The notes beneath the pieces are model-generated. The model ran no database searches. It saw only the letters and a list, made by a program, of their open reading frames with translations, and had not been told where the DNA came from. A stretch of 64,000 nt of DNA from Antechinus flavipes. Taxonomy: Eukaryota. A program made the translations under genes and the position numbers. The stretch is taken from contig NC_067403.1 of the NCBI RefSeq assembly GCF_016432865.1, positions 257,424,001 through 257,488,000 of the forward strand. Direction: 5' to 3'. Shown here piece after piece: positions 50,051-64,000 of the stretch. The number at the start of each line of letters is the position of its first letter. Positions within the stretch are counted from its first letter, which is position 1.

Positions 50051-51369
50051 GCCCTTTTTGTTGTCGAGTCCTGTCGGACTCTGTGAGCCCATTTGGGGTT
50101 TTCTTGGCAAAAATACTAAACGAGGGTTGGGGGTGGGCCTTCCTTCCCCTTGGAGCAGTGCTGCAGTTCGTGAGCCCCCACTAGTGTTTCCGAACAACAG
50201 AGGGAAACACAAAGACTGGCAGATGCGTGTGCGGGGGATACACGTGGCTAGGGCAGCCCACAACTCCAGGGTGGGGCTGCCTTTCCGGAAGGGGCACGAT
50301 GATGGAGAGGGCCCCGCACAACGGGGCACTTCAGGGAAAGGAGTGGTGCAAGGGGCTCGGCGGCTCTGCCCGAGACAGCGCTAGCCCCTGGACCTCAGCG
50401 AGGGCAGCCGCAGCCCCGGCGTCTCCAGCTCCAGAGGCGGAGTGATTCTAGGCGCTTCCGGACCCGGGAGAGACCCTTATCTGGAGACTGACAGAAACCT
50501 CGGGGCTTCCCCTACGGGGGCACCGGGGAGGGTGCCCCGCGATACTTCTTCCTGGTTCCGAGCTGGGCTCTCCCAGAACCACGGGGATCGTCCGGCTGCA
50601 TTTCCCAAATTCCCTGCGGGGCCTTCTGGGATCCGGGTCTGGCGAAGTCTGCCCAGGGCCCGAATTCCTTGCTCTGTGGCCTTTCCATGTTCAGTGGCTT
50701 CCAAAGGCCTTGGAACGAGGGGGGGGGGGGGGGGGGGGGGGCGGGGAGCCTCCTCCGGGTCCCCTCCCGCTCTCAGCACCTTTTGTCTCCCAGCTTGGGC
50801 TCTACCCTCCTCCCCGCTTCCCCCCAGGCAGGCAGGTGTGACCCGGGATTTTCTACCCCTAGAACTCCTTTTGGTCCCACAGGCAGAGCATCTCCCCCCA
50901 CCCCCACCTCCGGGTTACCATGGTGCCCCCTTGTGGTCACTCCCCAGCTGCAGAAGCTGGCTATGGTGGGTCCCCCATCTGTCTCCGATTGGACTGAGCA
51001 CATACATGTCGTGTGCTAGGGGTTCCCCCTGCCCCAGGGATGTGCCTTAGTCTCCCCCATGGGGAAAATGGGGGTCACACTTGGAGAGAGAGAGCTGTGA
51101 TTTATTGATCATCTGCAACCCTCCCCTGAGGGCGATCCACCATTCCATCACTTTTTCCGAGTATCTATTAAGCACCTACTGCGTGGTGGGCACGTGCCTA
51201 CCCTATTGGAGAACAATTTATAATAAGCAATTGTAACACTTTTGAGAAAAACCACATCGAAAGACTCGAGAACTCTGACCACTGCCTTTCCCAGGGCCCA
51301 GGATGCGTCTTTCCGCATCTCCGAATCTCACTTTCCCAATCTGCACAACGGGCACGAGAAGGGAGGGGG

Positions 51370-51730
51370 ACGGAAGCATCTACGCATGCGCCTTCTAGGG
51401 GCGGAGTTTCTCTAAGCGAGAGCGTCGTGACGCCACCCAAATCAGTCAAATTAGATCACGTGACGAGGGCGAGCAACGGAGGCTGACTGTTTTCTCACGT
51501 GACACGGGGAGTGGGGTGGACTACTGTCACGTGGTGATGAGCACAGCAAAGATAGGTCAGTTTCTAGTCCACGTGATGGAGGAGCCCGCTTCGGCGGCGC
51601 GCGGTCCAATGAGAGGGCGAGGCGGGCCGGGGCCGGCACCGGGAACTTGCACCCAGGCCTAGCGCGCGGGAAGGGAGCCGGCCCACGGTGCTGAGGCCGG
51701 GCCGACCGAGGTCGGCGGGGGAGGCGGGTG
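51370..51730 (+). promoter_or_regulatory. RAD9A: RAD9A promoter (CpG island)
   Basis: NRF1-like acgcatgcgc at 51382-51391, a GC box, four CACGTG, an E2F-like ttcggcggcgcg, and CCAAT near 51606. Confidence 0.8.
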
Positions 51731-51732
51731 AC

Positions 51733-53993
51733 ATGAAGTGTCTCGTGACTGGGGGAAATGTGCGGGGTGAGTGCTGGGCGAGGGCCGGGGGCGGGATCGG
51801 AGGGCACGGCCCCTGCCCTCTGACCCCGGGCCTTTCCTGCAGTGCTGGGCAAGGCCGCGCATTCGCTGTCGCGCATCGGAGACGAGCTCTACCTGGAACC
51901 GCTGGAGGACGGGGTGAGGGGGTGCGCCGGCGAGAGCGGAGGGGAGGGGCCGGGACCGGGAAGCTCCGATCGCTGACCCCTGACTTCCGTCCCCAGCTCT
52001 CCCTGCGCACGGTGAACACGTCGCGCTCGGCCTTCGCGTGCTTCCTCTTCGCGCCGCTCTTCTTCCAGCACTACCAGGCGGCCCGGCCCCCACAGGTGCA
52101 GCCGCCGCGCTGCAAGGTCCTCATGAAGGTGAGGGCGCGGGCGGGCGGGCCGGAGACGCGGGGCGGGGGCCGGGGGCACCCGCTGTCGCGCTGATGGCCG
52201 CGCCGTGTTCCCCGTCAGTCCTTCCTGGCCGTGTTCCGCTCGCTGGCGGCGCTAGAGAAGACGGTGGAGCGCTGCTGTATCACCCTGAGCCCCGAGAGCA
52301 ACCGCCTGGTCGTCCAGCTGCACTGCAAACACGGTGCGGGTGGGGCGGGGCCAGTGCACGAGGGGCGGGGCCAGTACATACAGGGGCGGAGCTAGCACCC
52401 GTGGGGCGGGGCCTAAACTCCTTCTGCCTGTCCCCCCCAGGTGTGACCAAGACCTACAACCTCTCCTTCCAGGAGTGCGAGTCCCTGCAGGCCATCTTTG
52501 ACCCCGCGGAGTGCCCCCACCTGCTCCGCGCCCAGGCCCGGTGAGCCTGTGCTTCCCCCGTGCACACACACAAAAACATACCCCCCTCCCCCCTTCCAGG
52601 TGAGGGATGCTGTGGGCTCAGGGCTGGCTCTGCTCAGAAGGACCAAGTCAGTGACTTCCCTCTTTCAGAAGCAGCCGGGGCCAGGGCTGGGGGGATGGGG
52701 GGCTGATTGAGCGCCTTCGGCCCGTGTGCTCCGGACAGGGTGCTGGTGGAGGCCGTGTCGCCATTCTCACCGGCGCTGTCGGAGGTGACGCTGGGGGTGA
52801 GCCGGGGGCGCCGAGTGGTCTTCAGGAGCTACCTGGAGGACGATACAGGTGAGCCCGAGAGGGGCCGGGGGCGGGGGAGGTGGGGGCCACTGCCGTTGGG
52901 GGAGGGCTCGGGGTGTGTGGGGGGGACAAGGACAGAGGCCCGGCTTCCTCCTCCGAGATGCTGCCAGGGCCATGATGACCGAGATGAGTCTCAGTGAGGA
53001 CGAGTTCCAGCAGCTGCAGGCCCAGGAGGGCGCCTCCATCACCTTCTGCCTCAAGGAGTTCCGGGTGAGGCCCCGCCCCCACCCCCTCTGAGTGGCCCCA
53101 CCCTCACTGAGCCAGACCTCTGCTGACTCTGGTTCTGGTCTTCCAGGGTCTCCTGAGTTTCGCAGAGTCTGCCAACCTTTCCCTCAACATCCACTTTGAT
53201 GTTCCCGGCAGGTATGGTGGCCTCCCAGCCCGGGGAGGGGAAGTTGGCGAGGGGGAGCTGCAGGGCCAGCGGCCAACCCCTCCTGTGTTTCTGGTCTCTT
53301 CCCCCCAGGCCGGCCATCTTCACCATTGAGGACTCGCTGCTGGACGGTCATTTTGTCCTGGCCACCCTCGCTCAGCCACAGGCCGGGCAGGAGCCCCCTC
53401 AGCCTGGGCAGGGGCCTCACAGGTGAGGCCGCTCTACTTGTGGAAAACACGCCTTATGGTCCAGCTCTTCTCCCCTCCCCGCTCTGACCTCCGCTTCAGT
53501 CCAGACTGCCTTGTTCTAGCCCCCCCCTTCTCACCCCACCCCCTCCTGAGCTCAGTTGAAGCCTAGTGACCCCTCCCCCGTGAGAGGGGCTGCCCTGTCT
53601 GTCCCCTCACCCCCAGCTCTGGGCTTTCCTCCCCCAGCGCGACACACCAGGATGACTTCGCCAATGATGACATTGACTCTTACATGATTGCCATGGAAAC
53701 AACTGTGTGTGAAGGCGTGGCTGAGGCCCCCCGGACTCCTTCCCCCGTGTCAGAGGACGAGGAGGCAGAATCCAACATGGTACCTGGGACCCCTCCTCTA
53801 AAAAAGGTGAACCAGAGTCCCTGCTCTGCTCCCCAGGGGGTGGGGGCTTCTCCAGCGCAGAGCCTGGACTCAGTGCGGCTTGTCTCTCCGCTTCTAGTTC
53901 CGCTCCCTCTTCTTCGGCTCGGTATTGGCCCCAAAGGAGCCCCCCTCGGAACCCAACCCGGTGCTGGCCGAGGACAGCGAAGGGGAGGGCTGA
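51733..53993 (+). CDS. RAD9A: Checkpoint clamp subunit RAD9A, 370 aa; exons 51733-51766, 51843-51913, 51997-52128, 52219-52333, 52441-52540, 52739-52848, 52958-53064, 53147-53211, 53309-53422, 53638-53806, 53898-53993
   Basis: [35 protein letters not shown]...[18 protein letters not shown]...[10 protein letters not shown]...[10 protein letters not shown]. 1113 nt with consistent phases. Confidence 0.97.
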
Positions 53994-54190
53994 GCCCGGC
54001 TTCGGGGCCCCTACTGCTGCGCCACCTCAGGAGGAAGCTTCAATGCCTGCCTGGCTTGTGCCGGGAAAGGCCCGGCCGCTGCTTGGAGGGAGCGGTGTTC
54101 TCGGTGGAGATTGCCCCCCCACTCCCACCTCCCCCAGCGGGCAGGGGGCAGGTGGCCGCCACAGCCATCCCAGGCAGCACCTGGTCCCTC

Positions 54191-54196
54191 AATAAA
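54191..54196 (+). terminator. RAD9A: RAD9A poly(A) signal
   Basis: First AATAAA after the stop codon, about 200 nt downstream. Confidence 0.7.
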
Positions 54197-54273
54197 GCCC
54201 TCCCTAACCCAAAGCACGCGTGGTTCCTGAACAAAAGGCAGGCCGGGAGGCTGGGGAGAATCCAGCTTTGACG

Positions 54274-54279
54274 TTTATT
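54274..54279 (-). terminator. PPP1CA: PPP1CA poly(A) signal
   Basis: Minus strand aataaacgtcaaagctggattctc, matching my recollection of the human PPP1CA 3' end. Confidence 0.8.
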
Positions 54280-54563
54280 CCAAAAAGACCAGAGGAGGGC
54301 ACAGAGCCTGGCGGCCCTCGACAGGGCAGCTGAGCCCAGCAGGACTCAAGCCGGCCTTCCCGCCCCCTCCCCACTGCCCCTCCCAGGACCCAGCTCAGAG
54401 GGCAGGGCCAGAGGGGGTCAGACTCTATTTGACTTTGTTTTTTATAAAAGAAAATGACCCCGAGGGTTGGTGCTCCCTGCCACTAGCGGCCCCCCGGGCC
54501 TCGGAGACCCTGAGAGGAGCCAGGATTCTGGACAGTCAGTCTTCCCTGGGGGGCCTGGAGCGG

Positions 54564-57299
<2,736 letters not shown>

Positions 57300-57300
<1 letters not shown>

Positions 57301-57420
57301 CTTCTCAGCTGGCGGCTCCCGGGCAGATCTCCCAACTCTGCCTGCTTCCGCGTCCGCATCTGTAAAATGGGCATGGCGATGCTCTGTAGAAACTTTGAAC
57401 GCTACAGAAACGTTAGCTGC
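57300..57420 (+). mobile_element. CpG-rich MIR-like fragment
   Basis: ccgcatctgtaaaatgggcatgg...ctctgtagaaactttgaacgctacagaaacgttagctgc. Confidence 0.55.
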
Positions 57421-57581
57421 CGATGAAGACCGTGGGGAGGAGGGGGACGTCAGCTGTGGGGATGGTGACCATAATGAGAATAAGGAGGATGACGACCCGG
57501 GGGAGGGGTTTTGCTGTGATGATGATGAAGACAAGGATGACAGTTTGGAGGAAGGCCAAGAGAAAAGGAGGAGTTGGGCCT

Positions 57582-57673
57582 GGAAGGAAGGGAGCCCGGA
57601 GGGAGCCCGGGGCTTGGGGGGCCGGAAGGAAGGGAGCCCGGGGCTTGGGGGGCCGGAAGGAAGGGAGCCCGGG
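57582..57673. repeat. 31-bp tandem repeat, about 2.5 copies
   Basis: ggaaggaagggagcccggggcttggggggcc. Confidence 0.8.
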
Positions 57674-58109
57674 TGCCCAGCCTGGCCCTATCAGCCACAC
57701 TTCTCTCAGGAACCGGGCTTCATCCCTGAGTCAGCAGGGGGCGCACCAGGGGGATGTGCCGCTGAGCCCCCTCCCCGTGGGCCCGCCAGCCTGGCCGAGT
57801 CCCCTATGAGGAAGCCCCCAGATCTCCCTCAGCCCCACCGGTGTCTGTTCTGGCCTCGGGCCCATGAGTTTTAGGATTTAGAAGGATACAAACTGGGGGC
57901 GCTCCTAAGGCTGTGCACCCAGGCTTCCGCCAGGCCCCCCGACGTGAGGAAGAAGGGGAGATTCTGTCCTAAGGGAAGCAGAAGCAGCAGCGAGAAGGGC
58001 AGCCCTGGGGGGTGGGGGGGGAGGCGCAGGCAGGTGGATGTGGGGCAGGAAGGAGCCAGGGGCACAGGGGCCTCCACCCTCACTCCAGGGGCTCCCCAGC
58101 TCTATCTGA

Positions 58110-58200
58110 TGCTAAGGAGGAAGTGATACTGGGGAGGAAGTGAGCGCCAGCACTGAGGTGAGGGGCTGAGCCAGGCAGCAAGACTGAGGTGAGTCAGCTG
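58110..58200 (+). promoter_or_regulatory. TBC1D10C: Candidate TBC1D10C promoter and non-coding first exon
   Basis: GAGGAAGTG at 58117-58125 and 58134-58142; donor gag|gtgagt at 58188/58189; matching acceptor ttcttcgcag at 58452. Confidence 0.55.
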
Positions 58201-58297
58201 GAAGCTTCGCGGGGGATCCCAGGCTGGCCCAGGGAGGACGGGGATGACCACGGCTGAGGGGCTAGGGCCGTGAGGTGAGTCCACTGGACCTTGGGAA

Positions 58298-58371
58298 GAG
58301 GAGGAGGAGGAGGAGGAGGAGGAGGACTGCAGGAGGAGGAGGAGGACCACAGCAGGAGGAGGAGGAGGAGG
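58298..58371. repeat. Interrupted (GAG)n trinucleotide repeat
   Basis: Three GAG runs separated by short spacers. Confidence 0.9.
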
Positions 58372-58467
58372 ACCACATTGAGGTCCTGGGGCAGTGGGAA
58401 TAAGGGGCTGCCGGCAGGCCCACCGGGACCGCTGGCTTCGGATTCTTCGCAGGAGGGCTGGCGATCC

Positions 58468-61400
58468 ATGGCTGCCGCCCTGGGGGAGGACCTGGCCCAG
58501 GCCCCCGATACCCAGGACGATTCCAGCTCACTTGGCTCAGACTCGGAGCTCAATGGTCCGGGGCCCTACCGCAGGGCGGACCGCTACGGCTTCATCGGGG
58601 GCGATGCCCAGCTCCCGGAGGCAGGGTGAGCGGGGGAGGGCGAGGCCTCGATCAAAGACCCCGGGGAAGGATGAGCCGGGATCGGGCGCAGGTCGGGTGT
58701 GATTCACCATCGGAGGCTCCAGGGTTGCACGTAATGCAGTAAAGGTTCCTCATGAGCCGGGGTTTGCAGAGCTTAGTGGGGATCAGGGCCAGGGGAGAAA
58801 GTCTCGAGCCCAGCAGAGGTTTGGGGAGCTGGGAAGGGGGGCTAGAGACGGGAAGTCGGGAGCACTTGGAAGGAACGTTCAGAGGTCACCCGGCTAAGGC
58901 GGTTACCAAGGGGGGCTTGGAATACGCCGCGGCCTCAGCTCTAAAATGGGGGGAGCCAAGCTCCAGGCCCCCTCCGAGGGGGGAGGGGTCATTGAAAGAG
59001 TAGCAGCCTCCGGGGGCAGGCAGAGTGGGGCTGGAGCTGTCAGGGAGATGGGCTCAGGGTGGGCTGTGGGCTGGTCCTACTTGGTGAGACAAGCGAAGGC
59101 CGAGCCACGGTACCCAGGGGCAGGGAACACGGTCCCCTCCCCGGGTTTGGCCAGTCCTAGAACCCGATAAGGTGGCGCCCGGGAGACTCCTCGGTGGGAT
59201 GGGCCGGGAAGCGGGCAGCGCGCCCCTCCCCCTCCCCCCCCCCCCCACTGGCTGCCCGGCCCGAGCTCCCTTGGCCTCCGCTCTGAGGTGGCCCAGCAGG
59301 GAGGGGAACCTGCGCCGGAGCCCCTCCCCCTCCCAACCACACGCCAAGCCACATCCTTCCCATCACAGTGACAACAAGACAGACTCAGGTTACTGCCCCC
59401 TCCCCCAGCCGTGGGGCCGACAGTGACCGTGGGGGGGCCTGTCCTATCTGACCCCTCAGCCCAGGGCAGCCCCCGCTGGAGCTGATCCGGCAGCGAGAAA
59501 TGAAGTGGGTGGAGATGACCTCTCACTGGGAGAAGACCATGTCCAGGCGGCCCAAGAAGGTGAGGGCCCCGCACTGGGCCGGGCCCGGCCACCCCGGAGG
59601 GAGGGGGCCTGCGCCACGTGGAGCCGCCCTTGCAATCTCAGGGACTCGGGGAGTCCCCGGAGAGTCACGGCCAGGGCACCGCGGCGGGACCCACGCCTAG
59701 CCCGAGACCCCGGGGGCCGCTCAGCTGCCCGGGCTCAGACTCTTTCCTGGGTCCCTTCTCTCTCGCATCCGTCCTCGAGGGCACCTCAGGGTCCCTCCCC
59801 CAGACTGGAAGTCCTTGCTCCAGCCTCGGCTTCTAGAGCTTTGTTAAGGCCTTTTCTTGCCTTAAAAGCACCGAGTCTGCCTGTGCTGGGTTAGACGGTC
59901 CCTGAGCTCGGGAGGAACCCGGACAAGAAGGGGGCGAAGACTCTGGTCCCGAGAGGCTGATGCACAAGTGCAGAGCTCGGGCTCAGGGGGCATGTTCATT
60001 TCCACCGGGGCCTTCTGGGGACCGGGATTAACTCAAAGGAAGTCGGATGTAAACTCCAGAATAGCTCATTTTTCGGGGGGGGGGGGCGGCTGACCCTGTT
60101 CTCTACGTGAAGAGCTCGTGTGTCCAGTGGCCCAGCCCCCCACCCCCCGACCCCGCCAGGCTTTGGGCCTGAAGCCGCTGTGGGGGAGGGGATGGAGAGG
60201 CTGAAACAGGCCTCCTGGGGAGGGGGGAGGGGGGGCGTCTGGTTGAGGACGGCCCCCTTGCCTGCAGGTGAAGATCCAGTGCCGAAAGGGGATCCCCTCT
60301 GCCCTCCGTGCCCGCTGCTGGCCCCTGCTTTGTGGGGCCCGAAGCCGACAGGCCCAAAACCCCAACACCTACCAGGTGAGGGTCTGGGGCCTCTGCTCCC
60401 CTTTCTGCCCCCCTTCTCCTCGTGGCTCAGCACCCCCCAACTCTGAGTTTATTAACAAGGCCACGGGAAGGAGGAAAGCTAGGGTACAGCGGTGCGGGCG
60501 ACTGCTTTTCCTGAAAGTAACCGTTCCCCAAGCCCACCCGTCCCCACCTCCCAGGAGAAGTTGAGCCCAAAAAAGGGAGGCAGGAACCTCTTGGAGGCTT
60601 CCTGAGGAGCCCCCGGGCAGGAGGGGGCCGCTCCAGACCGTCCACTCCCAGCCTTCTGCCCCAGCCCTGTCTCGGCTCTTCCTTCCATGTGCCTGTCCCT
60701 CCTTAACCCCAGGAACTGGTCTCAGCCCCGGGGGACCCTCAGTGGCTGGAGACCATCGGCAGAGACCTGCATCGCCAGTTCCCCCTCCACGAAATGTTCC
60801 TGTCCCCCCAAGGTCATGGGTGAGAGGAATGATCCTCGGCTCTTCCGGCCGTGCGGGGGAGGGAGGGGGGCGCGGGGCTGGCTCCCTCGGGACGGGCCCG
60901 GGACCAGGAGGTGTCAGGGAGGCTCCAGGGGCGGTAGTTGGGGCTGCCCGCGCTCACTGACCATACCCTGCTTGTTTAAGGCTTGCCCGGGCCCGTCTGC
61001 TGCCTCCCTTGGGTCACAGAGCCAGGGCTGGGGGTCCTAGGCTGGCCTTGGAATCAGAAGGGGTCACTGGGTCCCTAACAGAGTTTCCTGACACAGGCAG
61101 CAGGGACTCCTGAATGTGCTCAAGGCCTACACCCTCCACCGACCTGAACAGGGCTATTGCCAGGCCCAGGGGCCGGTGGCTGCCGTGCTGCTCATGCAGA
61201 TGCCCCCCGAGGTGAGCCTCCGACCCAGGGAGCCTCCCTTCCTCCTCCTCCTCATCCCTAATGAGCCCCCAAAGTCTCCCTACTAAATGAGCCCTCCCCC
61301 CAAGTCTAATGAGCTCCCATCCACAGTGAGTCCATCCCCCCCCCAAATGAGTCTGTCTTTCAGTTCTGAAGCTCATCATCCCTCCCTCCCCACCTGGGCC

Positions 61401-63947
61401 CAGGGAGTTCACCTCTCCTGCCCCTCCCCGAAATGCAAGCCCCCATTTTCCCTGTTCCTGCTTTTCCTCCCTAATCTCCTGCCCCCCAGGAGGCTTTCTG
61501 GTGTTTGGTGCAGATCTGTGAGTTCTACCTGCCAGGCTACTACGGACCCCACATGGTGAGTGACCCCCTGCCCGGGGGCCTCTGGGTACCTTGGCGGGGT
61601 CAGTGATCCTGCAGGAGAAGGGATAGGTCTGAGGACAAGCCTGGGGAAGGCGCCGGGGCCAGCCTGGGGAGGGGGAGGGGGTGTTGGGGGGCGACGGCTC
61701 TAGCCTGGGGCTCATCGGCCCCGCCTGGGCTGTCCCAAGGAGGCCATCCGGCTGGACGCCGAGGTGTTCTCGGCCCTGCTGAGCAAGCTGTGTCCGCGGA
61801 TCCACAAGCACCTCCAGCAGCAGGGCGTGGGGCCCCTCCTCTACCTGCCCGAGTGGTTCCTCTGCCTCTTCGCCCGCTGCCTGCCCTTCGCCACCGTTCT
61901 GCGCATCTGGGACGCCTTCTTCAGCGAGGGTGAGTGGGCCCGAATGGGGCCGAGCGCGGCAGCCGCTGTCGGGGGCTCCCAGAGCGACGTGGCAGCCGCT
62001 GGTGGGGGCTCTCGGAGTAAGGGACCCACCCAGCCTCCACAAGGTCTCCAGGGCTAGGGAGCTCACTCCTCCATTCCACCTGAGCTCGGGGACAGCCAAG
62101 GATCCCGATGGACCTCAGTCTGTCCCCTCCTTCCACCCTGGGTCCCGCTTCCGCCTCGGGTGCTGAGCAGGGCTCATCCCTCTTCCAGATGGGGACGGCC
62201 AGCCCCAGCCCCCCAGCCCCGGTGCCCAGGGTCTGCCAGCGCGGACATTTCCTCTTAACGCGTGGCTGGGCTCGGGTCTGGGATGGTCCGATTTGGCAGG
62301 AACGGGAGGCCAGCAGCTCCGCCCCCTGCCCTGTGCGGGCCTTCCCACGTGCCGGCCCAGCGGCCGAGACCCGCACGGAACCAGGGAAGGCAGGGGCTCG
62401 CAAGGGCCTTCCCGGCTCTAAGGCTCGGGGCCCAAGGCCCGCACGGGGCAGTTATCGAACAAGGGAACTCTGTGAAGGTTCCTGTGCACACAAGTTAAAG
62501 CACAAAGCAGTGGCTGGAGCAGCATCTCTTCAGCGCTCCCCGGGTGCCGAGCACTGTGCTAGGCCCCGAGGGGGGAAGGAAGGAACAGGCTGTCCCTGAG
62601 GAGCTCCCGTTCTGCCGGGGGAGGGGGGGAGGGGCGGCACGTAAAACATCGATGCGTAAAACGGCCGCAGGATGGCTGGCCTGAGCTCCCGGCGCGAGGC
62701 TCGGGGCGCAGTCGGACTTAATGTTTATCGACTGACTGATGAGGAGGAGCTGGAACGGGGAGTGATGGGGGAGGCTGCCTGGAGGCTTGGTCAGGTTTGA
62801 GTCTGAAGGACTGGGGCGTCCTGGCTCCCGGGCCCTTCCATCAGCCCCACGCGGCATGGAGCCCAGACTTGCGAGCTCTTGGTGCATTCGGTTAGAAAGA
62901 GTCCGGAGACGCCCGGATCTGGCTCCCGCTCACTCCTGGGGGCACGGCCCGGGCCGGGGCAGTGGGGCCCCAACCGGTCCTCTCAGGGCAGGCAGCCGCC
63001 CTGGGCTCCATCCCCTTGGCCTTCCGGCGCCCCTGAAAGTGACCTTTGGCAGGGACTGGGGAAATCCAAGAAGGCTTCCTGAAGGAAGGGGCTCTCAAGT
63101 GAAGGCTGTGGGGTTCGAAGTAGCAGGGGCAGGGGGCTGGAGTGAGCCTGGTTGTGCGGCAACACGCCCGCGAGGTCCCAGAGGTGAGAGGCCGGCCTCC
63201 GGGTCTGGTCCCCAGGCTGCCTCCAGCCCTCACCGTTTAGCGCATCTATGGGTGTGCCGGGAGAGAAGCATTGGAGGCTGGCTCCTCCCCAATGCCGATG
63301 GCGGGGACGGCCGGAGCCAGAACCCGGACCTCCCGGGCCAGAACCGTGTCCGGATCCAACAAGAGCAAGTTGAGTGGGAAGAAACTTAAAGTCTGACACT
63401 CGGGTCCAAAAATCGACCCCCCCCCCCCCGGGTGAGGGAGGCACATTGGACAGGTTTGTCTGGAAAGGGACTGGGCGGCCTCAGTGGACCACAAGAGCTC
63501 AGCCACAGAAGTGGGTGTGGCCTGGGCCGCGGTGGACGGCAGGAATGGGCAGAGTCCCTCCCCTTCCGTCCCGCCAGGCTGCGGTCGGGCTACATGGTCA
63601 GCCCTTGGTCACGGCTCAGGAGGGCCAGGCGGGCCTGGGGGCCCTGACACCCGAGGAAGGAACGGGAAAGAGCGGGGGGAGGACGTGAGCTGTCCACGAG
63701 GTGGGCGTGACAGGGGCTTCTGGGAGGCCTTCGAGGCCGCGCTGGGCGGGGGTGGGCCGTGGGGGCTCCGCTGACGTGCGCTGTCTCTCCAGGGGTGAAG
63801 GTCCTGTTCCGGGTGGGGCTGACCATGGTCCGCCTGGCCCTGGGCACGGCCGAACAGCGCAGGTCCTGCCCGGGGCTGCTGGAGACGCTGGAGGCGCTGC
63901 GTTCCATCCCGCCGGCCCAACTGCAGGAGGAGCCCTTCATGGCGCAG
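58468..63947 (+). CDS. TBC1D10C: TBC1 domain family member 10C (Carabin), 5' part; exons 58468-58625, 59460-59559, 60268-60375, 60713-60819, 61097-61211, 61490-61555, 61740-61929, 63793-63947; continues beyond the window
   Basis: MAAALGEDL...DRYGFIGG...REMKWVEM...[14 protein letters not shown]...[11 protein letters not shown] (catalytic Arg finger)...GYCQAQ (Gln finger)...EWFLCLF...[10 protein letters not shown]. Confidence 0.96.
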
Positions 63948-64000
63948 GTGGGTGGTCGCCACAGCCCCCTCCCCAGGCGGAGGTGTCCCCTGCCCACCAG

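Noticed and set aside
61014-62099. 361-aa minus-strand ORF
   Set aside because: It is the antisense shadow of GC-rich TBC1D10C exons and introns.

Overview
GC-rich marsupial genomic DNA, probably an Australian dasyurid-like species judging from WSINE1-like, MAR1-like, RTE and marsupial L1 relics. It is orthologous to the human 11q13.2 block POLD4(-), CLCF1(-), RAD9A(+), PPP1CA(-), TBC1D10C(+, cut by the window end). I rebuilt all five genes exon by exon, with GT-AG junctions and consistent phases. The window has several CpG islands, two N gaps inside purine/pyrimidine tracts, and many minisatellites; two of these clearly grew out of LINE relics. I see no wholly new gene system that I can support. 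Best leads: a second in-frame coding first exon for CLCF1; a duplicated in-frame 5' splice site in POLD4; an L1-ORF2-derived 45-bp VNTR; a remodelled RAD9A phospho-tail; an excess of ARE/MARE-type AP-1 sites; and an orphan CpG island with a splice donor. Repeat-family names and human comparisons come from recall, not database searches.
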